Below are positions 36,781-50,600 of a DNA stretch of 64,000 bases, in pieces. Both the position numbers and the translations under genes were made by a program. This stretch comes from Lama glama (Eukaryota): positions 47,742,001-47,806,000 of the forward strand of contig CM052817.1 of the NCBI GenBank assembly GCA_028534125.1, given 5' to 3'. Under the pieces are notes generated by a model. The model did no database searches and was not told the origin of the DNA. It worked only from the letters and a program-made list of their open reading frames with translations. Every line of letters begins with the position of its first letter. Position 1 is the first letter of the stretch.

Positions 36781-39700
36781 TATAATTTGTGAACTGCTTT
36801 CAACTCATGTCATTTCTAACTATAAAATTTATACTATTGTTTTGATCCTAAGGTTAAGAAGAACATAGGGCTCAAATAAGCTCAACTATTTACCAAAGTC
36901 ACACATTTACTTCCCAAGGAGGAGCTAGACTGAAGCTCAGGTTTTCCAAATGTACTTACAGAGCTCATTCTCCTTGAGATAAATACAAGTTTTTTTTGTT
37001 TTTGTTTTTGTTTTTTTTGCAATTGTTCTGAAAAACAAGGAAAGATACCTTATCTTATGTGACTATCCTCAAGAAGGTCAAGGAAATTTAATACATCAGT
37101 TGGGATTCAAACTGAATATGGCCCCAGGATATTTATGTCTTTCAGTTCTAAACTGCCAACAAATTGACCATTTTTTGCTGTAGCTTCACTTTAATTTTAT
37201 GAGCTGAACTGAGATAGTCAGAAATCTTACAAAATATTCTGGGAATAAAAAAACCTCTGAACACAAGCAAAAGTTTTAAAAACAGAAAAATCAAAATACA
37301 AAAGAAATCAGCACAAATCCTAAACAAAAAGAGACCTCTGTTTTCCTTATATTCTTATAGATCTCTGTACTTTATTGTGGATTTACTACCACATTAAGGG
37401 CTTTTAAAAGTCAGCAAAACAATTTACTGCTTAGGTTACTGGTTACATGGAAATTCAACTCCAGGAGCTTATGCATAAATATTTTCTTCATGTTTGCCCC
37501 GTGTTTTGTTTTGGGTTTTTTTTTTTAATGGAAGCAGCAAATACTTAGGGAAGCTATTCTTGACTCTTCAAGTCTGTTTTTAATCATCTATATTTTAACA
37601 CTGAAATGTCTTTTCCTAAAGCATTTTAGTTACCAACTGAGCAGGATAACCTTACATACAGAATAAACTCCATCTAGTTCTCTCATTCTCAGGAGCTACA
37701 CTTAACTGCATAGGATGTTCTCACACCCTTGTGTATAACATGGGAAAGTTTCGTCAAAATTTCAGTATTAAAACAAATGGGGAAAAGACCCACATTTCCT
37801 TCTCACTTCCCTTCCCTTTTCTCTTCTCTTAAAAAAAAAAAAAGTCTCAGCCTTACAAACCACAGTGGATTTGTAGGTGACAGGCATACAGATGACCAAT
37901 ATGTCCACATACACTTCCAACATCCAGTCAAGCAGTAGAACAGCTATTAAGCCCAATAAAATTAAAACTCAGTTTAATAAGCTATATATAGTGCAAAATA
38001 GCAACTGATCTGGAGCCAGAAAACCAGGAGTCTAGCTCTGGCTTTGAATCTCCCTCCCTGTGTCTCTCTTAGCCCTGTTCCCTCATTACAACAGGCTAAG
38101 GGGTCCATTCCTTTTAGTTGAATACTGTGTGTCCTTTTCACTGTGTTGGTTGTTGAAATATGACCCAACACCAGTATTTTCTCTGATTAATTCTGTCTAT
38201 TGCTAAATTATATATTAAAAAAAAGTGGGTTTACAAATACAATGCCTGAATATAGTTATGTTTATTTAGCTTCCTTTACAAAACTATTGTTTTCCTTTTC
38301 TTTTTTTTTAGGATTTGTGTGTCATTGGAAAAGCTGCTAAATTCAGTTTCTTATGGCAGATTCTATTACAACTTACTGCATCTGACATTACATCCTGTTA
38401 AACATGATTACAAGTTGAAAGGTACACTTTAGAAACTAAATAGGATGTAATTAGAAGTTCTCGTTTGTCGATTATACTGAAGGTGGGAAGAGTTAAGAGT
38501 GGAATCGGGAGTTTATGTTACCACAAATGGGAAAAGCATCTCAAAATATCCTTGTCAAGATATTCTTATAAATGCAGGACTGAATCTATAAATTCATTCT
38601 CTTTTTCAAGGCAGAGAGAAATGTAAGCGGAGACAAAAAGAGTTCAGTGGTGAGTGGAAATTGACACTCCCTTGACCAGACTCTATTGGACGTATATGCT
38701 TGGTTGATTTAAAACATAGGGAGATTTTGTCACAGATACTTGCAGTAAGCAGGGATCTTCTTGTCACTGAAACCTTCATGTTTTCTGAAGGTAAGCACTT
38801 TCCTTCTGATTGAGAATATCAATGTTTTATAGAAATGTCACTACAAAGGGGATAACTATGAAGAATGCTCCACAACCACAGGCAGGCTAATTTTTATGGA
38901 CAAAGAACCCCATTCCATCAGGTAGAGAAATAATGGATGATAATCAAGGTAGATTTAGGTACAGAGAACAGAGATAATAATACAGCTACTTGAAGTGACT
39001 TGCCTGGGCCTTTGCCAAATCTAAGAGACAAGTCACTGGTTCTGAAGTTTAGCTTTTAAATTTTGGCTGTTGGTTTCTGCTTCAGAGAAGACTTTTATCT
39101 GTGTTTTATCCAGATAAATCGAGGATAAAAAAAACAATGAGTGAATCAGATTGTGAGTAATCTGGGCAGGAGAAATGAGCAAGAACAAATCTGCCTTTAA
39201 TGTAGGTCCATGGCCAAAAATTCTAACAGAGGCAAGTTCACAAATGTGATTCGAAGACCTTACAATTAGCTATGAGGTTGATAGTTGCACAGGCAGAGGA
39301 CTCATGTGTTCAGAGAGTTTTAATAGAGAATAACAGATTATGGTAACCTGCCTTTCCTCAGATCGCCAGAACGTCATATTCTAACTTGCATGAATTCAAT
39401 GATTTATGCTTTCAAATGAGGATCAAAATTATCTGATCCACTTACCAAGAAAACTCAGCCAACACATTTATGGGTGAAACCATTTGCTAGTCATATATTC
39501 ATGAAGGGAATTTATTAAAAAAATGTAGGGAGTTATTTATCTCTCTTATTCAAAGCTCGTAAAAAGATTTTTCCCTTTATTTCCTGACACTATGAAACTT
39601 TATGATCATGGCAATAGTATGCAAAGTGACTTCTGTCTAAAGAGAAGTATAATATTTTAAAATAGACAAAACTACATGCTAACATCTAAAGCAAATAATC

Positions 39701-40074
39701 AAGGTAAAACGGTTGCTGTATTTAATGTTCTCCAATCTAAGAGCAGACACAGATCAATCACATGATCTAGACGGGTATTTGAGAGGAGGTTTACCAAAGG
39801 AATGGGAAAAATACTAGAGAAATAAGCATAGGGGAAGATGTATCTTGATTACTTTGAACCAGATGTAAAAGATGCAGTGATGTGAACAGCATGGGTCAGG
39901 GCTCAGTCACAGTCAAGTGTGATTTGTCCCTGTATCATGTAGGCCCCACCCTCTCCAGTTATTTTGACGATGGCATCAAAGGAAGGCCCTCTGCTATTTC
40001 AAAGAGAATAGGTATCTCCTTTATTGAGACAATTAGTACAAATTTATAATTATTTATGTAGTTGTCTGTTTCAC

Positions 40075-41140
40075 TTAGGTGCTCGAATAATTGGATATCC
40101 CTAGGCAAAAAAATAAACTTTTATATAAATATTACAATTTACAGAATAATTACCTCAAAACGAACATAGACTTAAATGTAAAATGTTAACTATAAATCTT
40201 TAATGAAAAAACACAAGAGAAAATCTTCAGGATCTAGTGCAAGGCAAAGAGGTCTTAGTTTTGGCATCAAAAGGACAATTCATAAAAGGAAAAACTAATA
40301 AATTAACCTCATCAAAATTTAAAACTTGCACTCTGTGAAAGATCACAGGAAGATGATGAAAAAGAACCACAGGCGGGGAGAAAATGTTTACAAACCACAT
40401 ATCTGGCAAAGGATTAGTATCTAAAATATTAAAACTCTCAAAATTCAACATTAAAAAATAATCGAATTAGAAAATTGGTAAAAAAACATGGACATTTCAC
40501 TAGAGAGGATATACAGAAAGCAAATAAGCTTATCAAAAGATGTTCCATATCATTAACCAAGGGGAAAAGGCAAAAATAAAACCACAGGGAGATATTTCTA
40601 TACATATATCAAGATCTTTATTGTGATGGATGAATGTTTGTGTTTGCCCCAAAATTCACATGTTGAAGCCTAATCCTCATGTGATAGTGTTTGGAGGTGG
40701 GGCTTTTAGGAGGTAATTATGTTTGGATGGGATCATGAAGGTGAAGTCCCCATGAGGGGTGGGATTGGTGTCCTTCTAAGAGGATAAGGAGCCCAACAGT
40801 TCCCTCTCTGTGCAAAGTGAGGATGAAGCAGAAGATGGCCATGTATAAACTAATAGGCAGGCTCTCACCAGACACTTAATTTGCCAACACCTTGATCTTG
40901 GACTTGGCAGCCCCCAAAAGTGTGAAAAATGTTTCTTCTTTAAACCTTTCAGTCTAGAGTATTTTTGTTATACAGCCCAAATTGACAAAGACACTTTTGA
41001 TATTAGAATTGTTCAGTATCTTAGCTAAACCTACACAGGAGATAAAACAGAACTTAATACACACATACAGAAATGACTATAGTTTCTTCAAACTACATGT
41101 CAGCCTACAATTATCTCAATAAAACTTTCAGTTACAAAAA
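40075..41140 (+). mobile_element. Old L1 (L1MC1-like) ORF2 end and deleted 3' UTR, interrupted by MLT1A
   Basis: 'catagacttaaatgtaaaatg…aaaccacatatctggcaaaggattagtatc'; 3' end 'ctacaattatctcaataaaactttcagtt'. Confidence 0.8.
40622..40993 (+). mobile_element. MLT1A-type MaLR solo LTR nested in L1
   Basis: 'tgtgatggatgaatgtttgtg…aaattcacatgttgaagcctaatcc…ctcaccagacac…cagcccaaattgacaaagaca'. Confidence 0.9.
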
Positions 41141-41144
41141 TGTA

Positions 41145-41360
41145 ACGATTAAGAGAATGCATTGGAGTCAGATCACTGGATATAAATCTTGGTTCTAACT
41201 TTCACTAACTGTTACCTTGATCTTCAATTTCTTCCTTTGTGAATTGGTCGGTAATGATACTACCAACTTCATGAGGCTGTTAGAATTAAATGAGATACTT
41301 AACACAAAAAAACCTAGCATATTAAATGTTGCATAATGAGCACTAAATAAAAAGCTCTAA
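41145..41360 (+). mobile_element. MIR SINE
   Basis: 'ttggagtcagatcactggatataaatcttggttcta…tgttagaattaaatgagata'. Confidence 0.75.
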
Positions 41361-42724
41361 TATTCAATATAATTATTTTTTCATTATTATAAATTATTTT
41401 TTTCATTATTACTATTATTGTAACTTAAAGTATTCTTTGAGTTTCAAAGATAGGAATAGTCTAATCTTGGAATCAAATTTGAGGCCATGTCCACTTTCTG
41501 ACTGCAGCTCTTTTCAGAGTGTAACACTATGATTATTAAGGGTCTTACTGGATAGAATTCCCACCTGCTGGTCTACATAATGTCTTCCTCCCAACACTTT
41601 GCTTCAGAATCAGTCTCTGGAGATGTTCTGAGAAACTTCATAGCAAACAGACTAGAAAAATCAACATCACCCCCCAGCCCAAATCCCTTAAAACAACTAA
41701 TTATTCCTTCACTTTAAATGATCTATCTATCAGGCCTTCCAGCTTTCCACAACTGCAGAATTTAATAATGAGTTAAGGAGTAAATCTTTTTTTTTTTTTT
41801 ACTGACACTAATTCATCAATTATTTTATTGATAATTTATCTTCAAAGCATATTTTTTCTATCAAGATACATTTCTAAAAGCCTTGGAAGTCATTTTTCAT
41901 CTACTTGATTCCTATAAAGCATCAGTGTTAAAAGGGTTTCTCAATAAATTAAATTGTGGGAAAAAACTCATTTCTCCTTCATGATCTCATTTATATGTCA
42001 TAAATATTTCTGAAGATAATGATATATAAAAAATAATATTTTATAGCTATGGAAAGTAAAATACAGGACTTGATTTACTTGAATATTATGTTTGGAATTT
42101 AGTGAGGGAGTATTCTGTTTATTGTCCAAAAAACCGCAAAATTTTTGCTGTTCAACAAAAGTTAGAACTGAAAATTTAAGTGGAAAAGTGAAAACCACCA
42201 TTACAGGGACATCAATACCAATCAAGTATGGCAACACACCAGCCTTCCTAGAACATAGATTATGGAGGGACCACTCTAAAAACTGAGAAATCTTTTCCAT
42301 TGCCACAATGTCAATAAACATTCTGACATCTTGGTAAAAGAAGTAGAAGAAATCTGAAAGTTTCAGAATTTACTCAAAAATGGCAAAAGTACCTAAAAGA
42401 TAATGTTTAAAAATGAAAATTTAAATCAGCAGACAAAATATCCCAATTGGAAAATTTTAAGTAGTATTCCCTTCTCTTACCCTCACTCCCATTTATTTTA
42501 CTTAGTCCCAATACTTGAGAAAGGACATGAAGTTAAACCAACAAGTAGGTGGTGAATAGGACCTCATGCAAAAGATTTGATCGAGGGAATTAGATTTTCT
42601 TCATACATCATTGCTCATCCAAAATATTGTGTGCAAAATTGACCTTAATGCCAAAGGAAATGAAAAATTTCCAAGAACTCAGTCTGTGAAAATACAGAAA
42701 ATATCTAATTGCAATGGCAATATT

Positions 42725-44283
42725 ATAAAATCAACATACAGAAGATGGTTGTGTTTCTATACACTAACAATGAAACATTTGTAAAACAAAGAAAACTATT
42801 CCATTCACAATAGCATTAGAAACAACAGAATACTTAGGAACAAATTTTACCAAGGAAGAGAATGATCTGTACAACAAAAACTATGAGATTTTGCTTAAAG
42901 AAATTGAAGAAGACACAAATGGAAAGATATTCCATGTTCATGGAATAATTAATATTGTTTAAATGCCCAGATTACTCAAAACCATCTATAGATTCAATGC
43001 AAGCCCTACCAAATTTCCAATGACATTTTTCACAGAAACTAAAAAAAAAAATCCTAAAGTTTCTGTGAAAACAAAACATCTTGAATAGCCAAAGCAATAC
43101 TGAGAAATAATCAAGCCAAAGGCATCACACTTCCTGATTTCAAACTATACTATGAAGCTACAGTGATCAAAACAGTATTTTACAGACAGACACAAAGATC
43201 AATGGAATAGAATGGAGAACCTAGAAATAAACCCCTACATATATGGTCAACTAATATTTGACAAGGAAGCCAAGACTACTCAAAGGGAAAAGGATAGTCT
43301 CTTTAATAAATGGTGTTGTGAAAGTGGGATGACCACATGCAGAAAAATTAAATTGCACTCCTATTTCATACCACTCACAAAAATTAGCTTAAAATGGGCT
43401 AAAGACTTAAACATGAGATCTGAAACAATAAAACTCATAGAAAAAAAAAAAACAAAGGGAAAAAGCTCCTTGACACTGGTCGTGGCAATGATTTTTTTTG
43501 GATGTGACACCAAAAACACAAGCAACAAAAGCAAAAAGCAATAAATGGGACTACCTTAAACTAAACAACTCCTGAGCAGCAAAAAAAAAAACAAGAAAGG
43601 AAGAAAGAGAAACAGAGAAAGAAAGAGAAAAGGCAACCAGTAGAATGGGAGAAAATACTTGCAAACCATATACCTTATAAGAGTTAATATCCAAAATATG
43701 AGAAGAACTCATACAACTCAATGACAAAAACAATACAATTAAAAAGTGGGCAAAGAAACTGAATAGACATTTTTCCAAAGAAGTGATACAGATGACCAGC
43801 AGGTACATTAAAAGGTTTTTGACATCAGGAATCATCAGGGAAATGCAAACCAAAACCACAATGATATACCTGTTAGAATGGCTATCAAAAAGACAATAGA
43901 TAACAAGTGTTGACAAGGATGGGGAGAAGAGAGGATCCTTATACGCTGTTGGTGGGAATGTAAACTGGTGCAGACTTTATGGAAAACAGTATGGAGATTC
44001 CTCAAAAAATTAAAAATAAAAGTTATGGTATAATTCAGCAATCCAATGTCTGGGCATATGGCCAAAGGAAATAAAAACAGAATATTCAAGTGATAACAGT
44101 ACTCTCATGTTCACTGCAGCATTATTCACAGCAGCCAAGAAATGAAAACCACCTAAGTGTCCATCAGTGGATAAACGGATAAAAATGTAATATATATACA
44201 CACATACATATGTGCACACACACACACCCTAGATCATTACTGAGCCTAAGAAAGAAGGAAATTCTTCCATTTGCAACAACACA
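42725..44283 (+). mobile_element. L1 ORF2 C-terminal half plus partial 3' UTR
   Basis: ORF 43212-43544 MENLEINPYIYGQLIFDKEAKTTQREKDSLFNKWC is L1 ORF2; truncated at both ends. Confidence 0.93.
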
Positions 44284-45419
44284 TTTAGAAATTATTTATA
44301 CACCTTCATTAACAATGATGTTAGAGGAATCATTTATAATAATGCCCTATAAATAATAAATATATTCAGAACGGTCAATACAATTATGGGATTTTCCATA
44401 TTTCCTAGCCAGTATTATATTCAGTCAGTCTCATACTGTTACTGCGACAAGAGTTTCAAAATAGCTACATTCTGAAGGCGATAGGGTTGTATATGGCCCA
44501 GATTACTTCAGGTCACACAGAGTATCTGACCTGCTTCTTCAAAGTTTACAACTGGGAAGGAATTAGCTAACTGAGAGGAATATAGTTGGTAATTAGAGGA
44601 AAATTTATTATCCTCACCAATTGCACTGACAAGAGAAATCACCAATCACGGTAAGGGAATATTATCTAAGCAGCTGTGAAATATCATCAACTCACCAGAG
44701 AGTGTGCCAGCATTACTTCTTTCATGAGTAATAAATGTAAAATCTAGGGAGACATTCTGTGCTTGGGTGAGTAACACGCTTACAGAAAGAAGTTGGCACA
44801 AACATATTCATTTGTTAAATGTTTATAATTTTGTTTCTTCAAAATTATATTAATTCTACTGCAAGCTATGGTTTGGTGAGATAGTTTCTCCCCTTGAAGA
44901 TCTCCCTCATTCCTTTTTAACTGTAGAGCATTCTAGTTTTAATTGGATTCATCTTTTTTATACTTATATGTAATATTCTATGGATTTGGCTGACATACTA
45001 ATAAGTAAAATAGAAAAAACCTTGGACTTTATGGGGTTTTAAAATTTTAATACACTCAAAACTGTCATACTTTATTATAAGGTTTATTAGTTGGATATTC
45101 TATCTAGAAAAACCTTCTCTGACATGTTCATAAGAATTTATACTGCTGTTTTCTTCTAGTACTTGATGTCTTTAATTTTGACTTAATCCTTTTTTCCCCC
45201 ATCTGAACCTTCTTTTGGTGAAATCAAGTTTTATTGGTTTTCTTCTCTAAGCCACTTGAAAATGACACAAAGTTTTCCATTTCAAAACCTCTATCATATT
45301 CAGAGTATTTTCTTGAAGTTAAGGATTGGGAAATGGCCAAATACGCTGGAACCCAGAACTACTGGCAGAAGCAACACTGATATATACTATGTTAGACCAA
45401 TTCAACCAACTTTCTTTGA

Positions 45420-46010
45420 ATTTTTTATAAAAATATATGTACATAAAAGTACACAAATATATAGCTCAAGGTGTTTTTTACAAAGTGAAATTAGCTGTAC
45501 TAATTAGCTGTACATCCTTGTAATTAGCTGTACTCATTCCAGGAAATAGACTATCATTAGAGCCCTCAGAAAACCCCTGCCTTCTCCAAACTACTAAATC
45601 TCAAAAGGTAGGCATTATTCCTACTTTTAAATCCATGTATTAAGTTTGTTTTTGTTGTTGTCTGTCTGTTTTTTTATTTACTTGAAATAGAATCATCGGT
45701 AGGTACTCCTGTGTATTTGGCTTCCTTTGCTCAGCATTCTGTTGTAAAATTCATGTTGTTGCATTAACAATAGTTTATCCTAATTGTATGTTATTCCATC
45801 ATTCAAATATATCACAATTTATTTATTGTCCTAATGTTGATAGAAATTTGAGTTATTTCCAGTTTCTGACTATTACAAATGATGTTATTATGAATATGTT
45901 GTGTGAACATACGTACATAATTATATTGGAAGTAAAATTACTGGTTCATAGGATATGAAACTATTCACCTTAAATACCACCAGATAGTTTTTTAAACAAT
46001 TATAAAAAGT
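45420..46010 (-). mobile_element. L1ME-type 3' UTR
   Basis: 'tatttggcttcctttgctcagcatt…ttgagttatttccagtttctgactattacaaat…attactggttcatagg'. Confidence 0.75.
45489..45533. repeat. Triplicated 13 bp unit (taattagctgtac)
   Basis: aattagctgtac / taattagctgtac / atccttg / taattagctgtac. Confidence 0.85.
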
Positions 46011-46625
46011 TATTCTATATTCTGCAGTTGCTATGGCTGGTAAGTTCCTACCAGATCTGACCCTCACAGACATAATAATTATAAATGCTGGGAAAATACA
46101 AATATACAATTACCTGAAGGTGTTGATAAATGAATGAAATCAGGTAGATCCTAGAGGGGAGTAAATCTTTGGAGAAGGAAATAGAAAAGAGTGAACTAAC
46201 ACTGTATTTCTTTTAGTCTGAGGCCAGGCTGAAATTTGCACTGCTTGGAATGGCCAGAATTGATAGAAATCCTGCAAGTTTTCAAATCTGAACAGAGAAC
46301 AATTTGGTGCAAGAGCTAGTGGAAAATTTAAGAGGATTCTCAGAAGGGAAAGCACTTGTCTCTTGCCAACTCCATGCATGCTTAAAGCATTGTTTAAAAG
46401 GCCCACTGGGTAATAAAATATCTAAACTGAGACTTGAGCAGCCTAAATTTTCAGTTTAAGTAAATCCAAGTATACTGCCAACAACAAAAAAAAAAATTCT
46501 TTGGAGAATTTTTAACAAAATCTAGAGTTGCTATAACATTCACATTGTTAAAAATACAACCCAAAATAACTCAACAAACAAAAGAGCAGGAAAATGTAAC
46601 CAATTCTCAAGAGAAAGATATCAAA

Positions 46626-46740
46626 CGTGACAATGAATATATGTATGTTCATGTATAACTGAAAAATTGTGCTCTACACTGGAATTTGACACAACACTGT
46701 AAAATGACTATAACTCAATAAAAAAATGTAAAAAAAAGAA
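46626..46740 (+). mobile_element. Young L1 extreme 3' end nested in the old L1
   Basis: Near-identical to 14476-14584; flanked by a degenerate TSD aagagaaagatatcaaa / aagaggaagacaactcaaa. Confidence 0.88.
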
Positions 46741-47604
46741 AAAGAGGAAGACAACTCAAAAACCAAGCCAGAAAGACATTTATTGGACCTAGCAGATAAG
46801 GATTTTAAAGCAGCTATGAAAACTCATTAATGTAGAGGAAAATATGCTCACAGTGAATAAAAGGTAAAAAAAGACTCAGAGAAATAGTAACTGTAAAGAA
46901 AAACCAAATATAAATTATGAAAGTACATTATTTGAAAAAAAAACAGGATTAACAACAGAATGTGGATAACAAAGTCAAACTGAAGATAGATCAATAGAAA
47001 TCATGTAACATAAAGAGTAAAAATATTGAAAAACAATGAACAGAGTCTTGGAGACACGTGGGACAATATCACAGAATCCATCATGCATTTAAATGGAATC
47101 TGAAAAGAAAGAGATAGTGAGGCAGGAAATAATAATGGATGGAATTTTCCCAATTGGTTAAAGACTTGTATTTACAGATTGGAAAAGCTCAATGAATCTC
47201 AAGTAGGGTAAATATGACCAAAACCTTCCTAAGTACATCACACTGGCTAAGAAAAACAAAGATTAAGAGAAAATTATCAAGGCAGTAAAACAACTGACAG
47301 ATAAGGGAGAATAAAGATACAAATCCAAACGTCTCATCAGAAGCTATGGGTATCAGAAGATGGTGAAACATCTTTAAAAGCTGAAAGAAAAAAATCTGCC
47401 AATCTAGATGTTTCTATCCCCCAAAATATGTCTCAAGAATGAAGAGAAAATAGATTTAAATAAAAGAAAAGAAGTATTATTCACCAGAACTGGTCTATGA
47501 GAAATAGTAAGTTCCTCAGACTGAATGGAAAGTATACCAGGTAGAAACTCAGGTCTTTATGAAGGAAAGGACAGCACTGATGAAGGTGAACATCCAGGTG
47601 AGTA

Positions 47605-47809
47605 CAGTTAACCCTCGAACAACATCAAAAATCTGCTCCGGCCCGCCACACGGTCAAAAACCTGCATATAACTGTACAGTCAGCCTTCCGTATCCAGGGT
47701 TACATTCACATTTGTGGATTCGACCAACCATGAACTGTGTATTTAGTGAAAAACATGCACAAATACGTAGACCTGCACAGTTCAAACTTGTGTTGGTCAG
47801 AAGTCCACT
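47605..47809 (+). mobile_element. MER8/Tigger2-type MITE nested in L1
   Basis: 'ta|cagttaaccctcgaacaac…cagtcagccttccgtatcc…gacctgcacagttcaaacttgtgttggtcagaagtccact|ta'. Confidence 0.85.
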
Positions 47810-49668
47810 TATGTAAGATTTTTAAATTACTTTAAAATACATAGAAATATTTACAGCTAAAGTTTTTCATTATTTTAAGATACAGTAAAAATATTTAAAA
47901 TATTACTTAAAGCAAATATTATCATCATTTGAAGTTTTAAGTGTATGTATACATAATGCATACAACCACTATAACATAAAAGATAATTGGATATATATAG
48001 TTGTAAAATTTCTACATTTTTATACTTTATTTTTTCTGTGTTCCTTTTTCTCTCATTTTGAATACATTTACAGTGATCAACTATTTTATTTCACTTATAT
48101 AATCTTACACTAATTTTAGTGATTACCTGAAATAACACACATGTTTGTCCTATTATAGCAAGAAGTACTAAATAATAATAATAATAAAATACATAAAATA
48201 AAGTAATAGTACTAAATAAAGTAGTATTCATGCCACTTCTCAGACAGCACTAGAAATTTAGAACATCTCACACATACTACACATTCAGTAAATGCTCATT
48301 CAGGGATATTATGATGATTCATTTCCTCTTCAGTAGCATCACATTGTTTCCACGAGGACACAATCATCTAGTTGGTTGTGGGAGGGTTAGTACAAAAAAT
48401 ATATTTTTTAATCACAGCACCTTTTTCTGTTTCTTTCTCTCCAAATAACATTTCCATGCTTCACAAGATTTCTTCTGACAGAAAGAAAGCCCATTCAACA
48501 GCAAATTCAAACAAACTTGAGTGAGTAAGTATCTCCCCTAGCACAAGTATTTGCCCAAAAAAGCAAAACTTCAGAGCAAGGACAATGCTTACCTAATGCA
48601 AAATAATCACTCCCATCTGATAAAACATCAGACACTGAAATAGATTGGCAAACCATTTTGGGGGCAGAGGGAGGGGGGGCCTAGTACATTTCGAGCATTC
48701 CTAGTCCACCTCAAGCAACACTCTGTACACAACTGCATACATTCTACTCAAAAAGTCAGGTCTAATCTCTAGAATTTTCATGAAAAGTAGATCCAAGCTG
48801 TATTATTTTTCTCTGTCTAAATTTAAGCAATTTAAGGACCTCTAATATACTCCATTTAGTATATAGAGCATATTAAAGATACAGTTCTTCTAATGTGTTT
48901 ATTGTCAGGCCATTTGGGTTTTTTTAATTTTACCATTTTAACTAACAAGAGATTATTTTGAAATACAACTTATGTATTGACTTATTAAAAATATCAATCC
49001 TTTACGCTGGAGGAATTGGTTCACTTTTATATGTGAGGAAAAGAACTGAATTCTCATACACCAACTTTTTCAAAAATCATTAAAACAAGACAATAGATAA
49101 TGGTTAAAAATATTATAGCTTTTGCATTTTGTCAGGTGTTTTAAAGGTTTAATATTAAGGCCATTTTCTATGCGTTTGACAGGAAATAAATACCATTCTG
49201 TGAAGTCTCTGAAGTAAAATAATCCATAAGCTAATAGACCCTCTGACTGTCAAACAATGTGCAAAATGATTGTCCTCATACTCCCACAGGTTGAAAACCT
49301 GGGACCAATTTGACATTAAGGATTGGTCCTTGCAGAACAATTAGCCATCTGCTTCTCCAGCAGAGAACCAAGTCAATTTGTATAGAAATCAGTAACCCTG
49401 CTGGAAATAAGCCCAGGCTGTGGCTTAGCGTGTTTATCAAAAATAGTGAAACTTTAACTTTTTCTTTTTTTATAAGGTCAAGCAAGATCACTCTCTACTT
49501 TAATGGTTGGAGCAGCCATCAAGGAAAGTTTGACTACCAAACTGAAATTCCACTCAAAATCTTAACCAATATAGAAAGAGTCATTTTATTTTGGTCATTG
49601 CTATGCTTTTGCCTGTTAGCAGAGGATAAAACAATGCACTTAACGTATCAAAGCAGGCATTCCTTGGG

Positions 49669-49889
49669 TAGTACTCTCCAATATGCTAGCCACTAGCCAC
49701 GTGAGGCTATGTAAATTTAAACTTATATTTAAATAAATCAAAACTAAATAGAATTTAATACTCAGTTCTTCAGTCACACTAGCTGTGTCTTTAGTGCTAA
49801 ACAGCCGTATGTGGTTAGTGGCTACAGTGTTAGGCAGCATGGATTTTAAAGTATCTTCATCACCACAGATTTTTTTCTGAACTGCACTG
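49669..49889 (-). mobile_element. MER3 (hAT-Charlie MITE)
   Basis: 'tccaatatgctagccactagccacgtgaggctat…ctcagttcttcagtcacactagc…atgtggttagtggctac'. Confidence 0.88.
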
Positions 49890-49982
49890 CCTTGGAGATG
49901 AAGATTCAACAGAGCTGAATTAAAAAAAAAAAAGCCAGTAGCATACTTCCCCTCTCCCTGTGACTATAATTTTCTGTATTAG

Positions 49983-50600
49983 TTATTCAGTCAAAAATAT
50001 TTATTGGATACTTATTATGTACCAGGTGCTATTCTAAACATGGGACATAAAGTCAAGAAAGAAAGTCAAGTTCTCTGCCCTCATAGCTTCTACCGTCTAG
50101 AGGAAGGGAAGAGTAAAGGAAAATTCAAGCAACCAAATAAACCAAGGATGCGTTAGTGAGCACTACATCACAAATGAAATAGGACGACATCACGGAGAGT
50201 CACTAGAAGCAGCAGCAGGGCAGGGCTACGGCAGGAGACACTCTAATGTTAGAAAAGGAAGGCCTCTCTAAAGGGATTACATTCAGAGTGAAACCTGAGT
50301 GGCAAAAGGGAACCCACCGTGCAAAAGCCTTGGGAAAGGACACTCCCTATAAAGGAAACGGCTGCTAAAAAGGCTGTAAGAGCAGGCCTGGCCCACCCTC
50401 CACTGTTCCAGGGCTCATATGGCTAAAAGGAGATGAAACAGGGGACGAATAGGACCAGACAGGGTCACAAACAAGCAGGGCCAAGTCACCCAGGCTCCCA
50501 CAGGCTATTGTAAGGGTGTGTGTCTGTTTCTAAGTGTGGTGGGAAGTCATCGGAGCATTTCCAGCAGGGCTGTGACCTGATTTTACATGGCAGCTCTCAT
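49983..50600 (-). mobile_element. L2 3' portion
   Basis: 'ttattcagtcaaaaatatttattggatacttattatgtaccaggtgctattcta…tctgccctcatagcttc…aaggcctctc'. Confidence 0.85.

Larger units (their letters stand above)
46035..48020 (+). mobile_element. Old L1 (L1MC/MD-like) 5' region plus ORF1
   Basis: 'cagataaggattttaaagcagctat', 'tgaagatagatcaatagaaatc', 'aacagagtcttggagacacgtgggacaatatc', 'aacatctttaaaagctgaaagaaaaaaatctgccaatctaga'. Confidence 0.8.

Noticed and set aside
38312..38421. Plus-strand acceptor (tttttttttag|G) with an open frame
   Set aside because: Weak donor, no homology, and opposite to the inferred transcription direction.
39715..40020. Possible LTR16/LTR33-like relic
   Set aside because: Resemblance too faint to call without a profile search.
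44509..44533. Inverted AGGTCA half-sites (caggtca-N11-tgacctg)
   Set aside because: An 11 bp spacer is not a canonical nuclear-receptor element; likely chance.
44696..44743. 48 nt minus-strand exon-like segment (ctccctag…CTG|gtgagt); similarly 48593-48634
   Set aside because: Short pyrimidine tracts and unrecognised peptides; such pairs are expected by chance in 64 kb.
49310..49696. 128 aa plus-strand ORF
   Set aside because: No recognisable domain, non-ATG start, and it runs into MER3.
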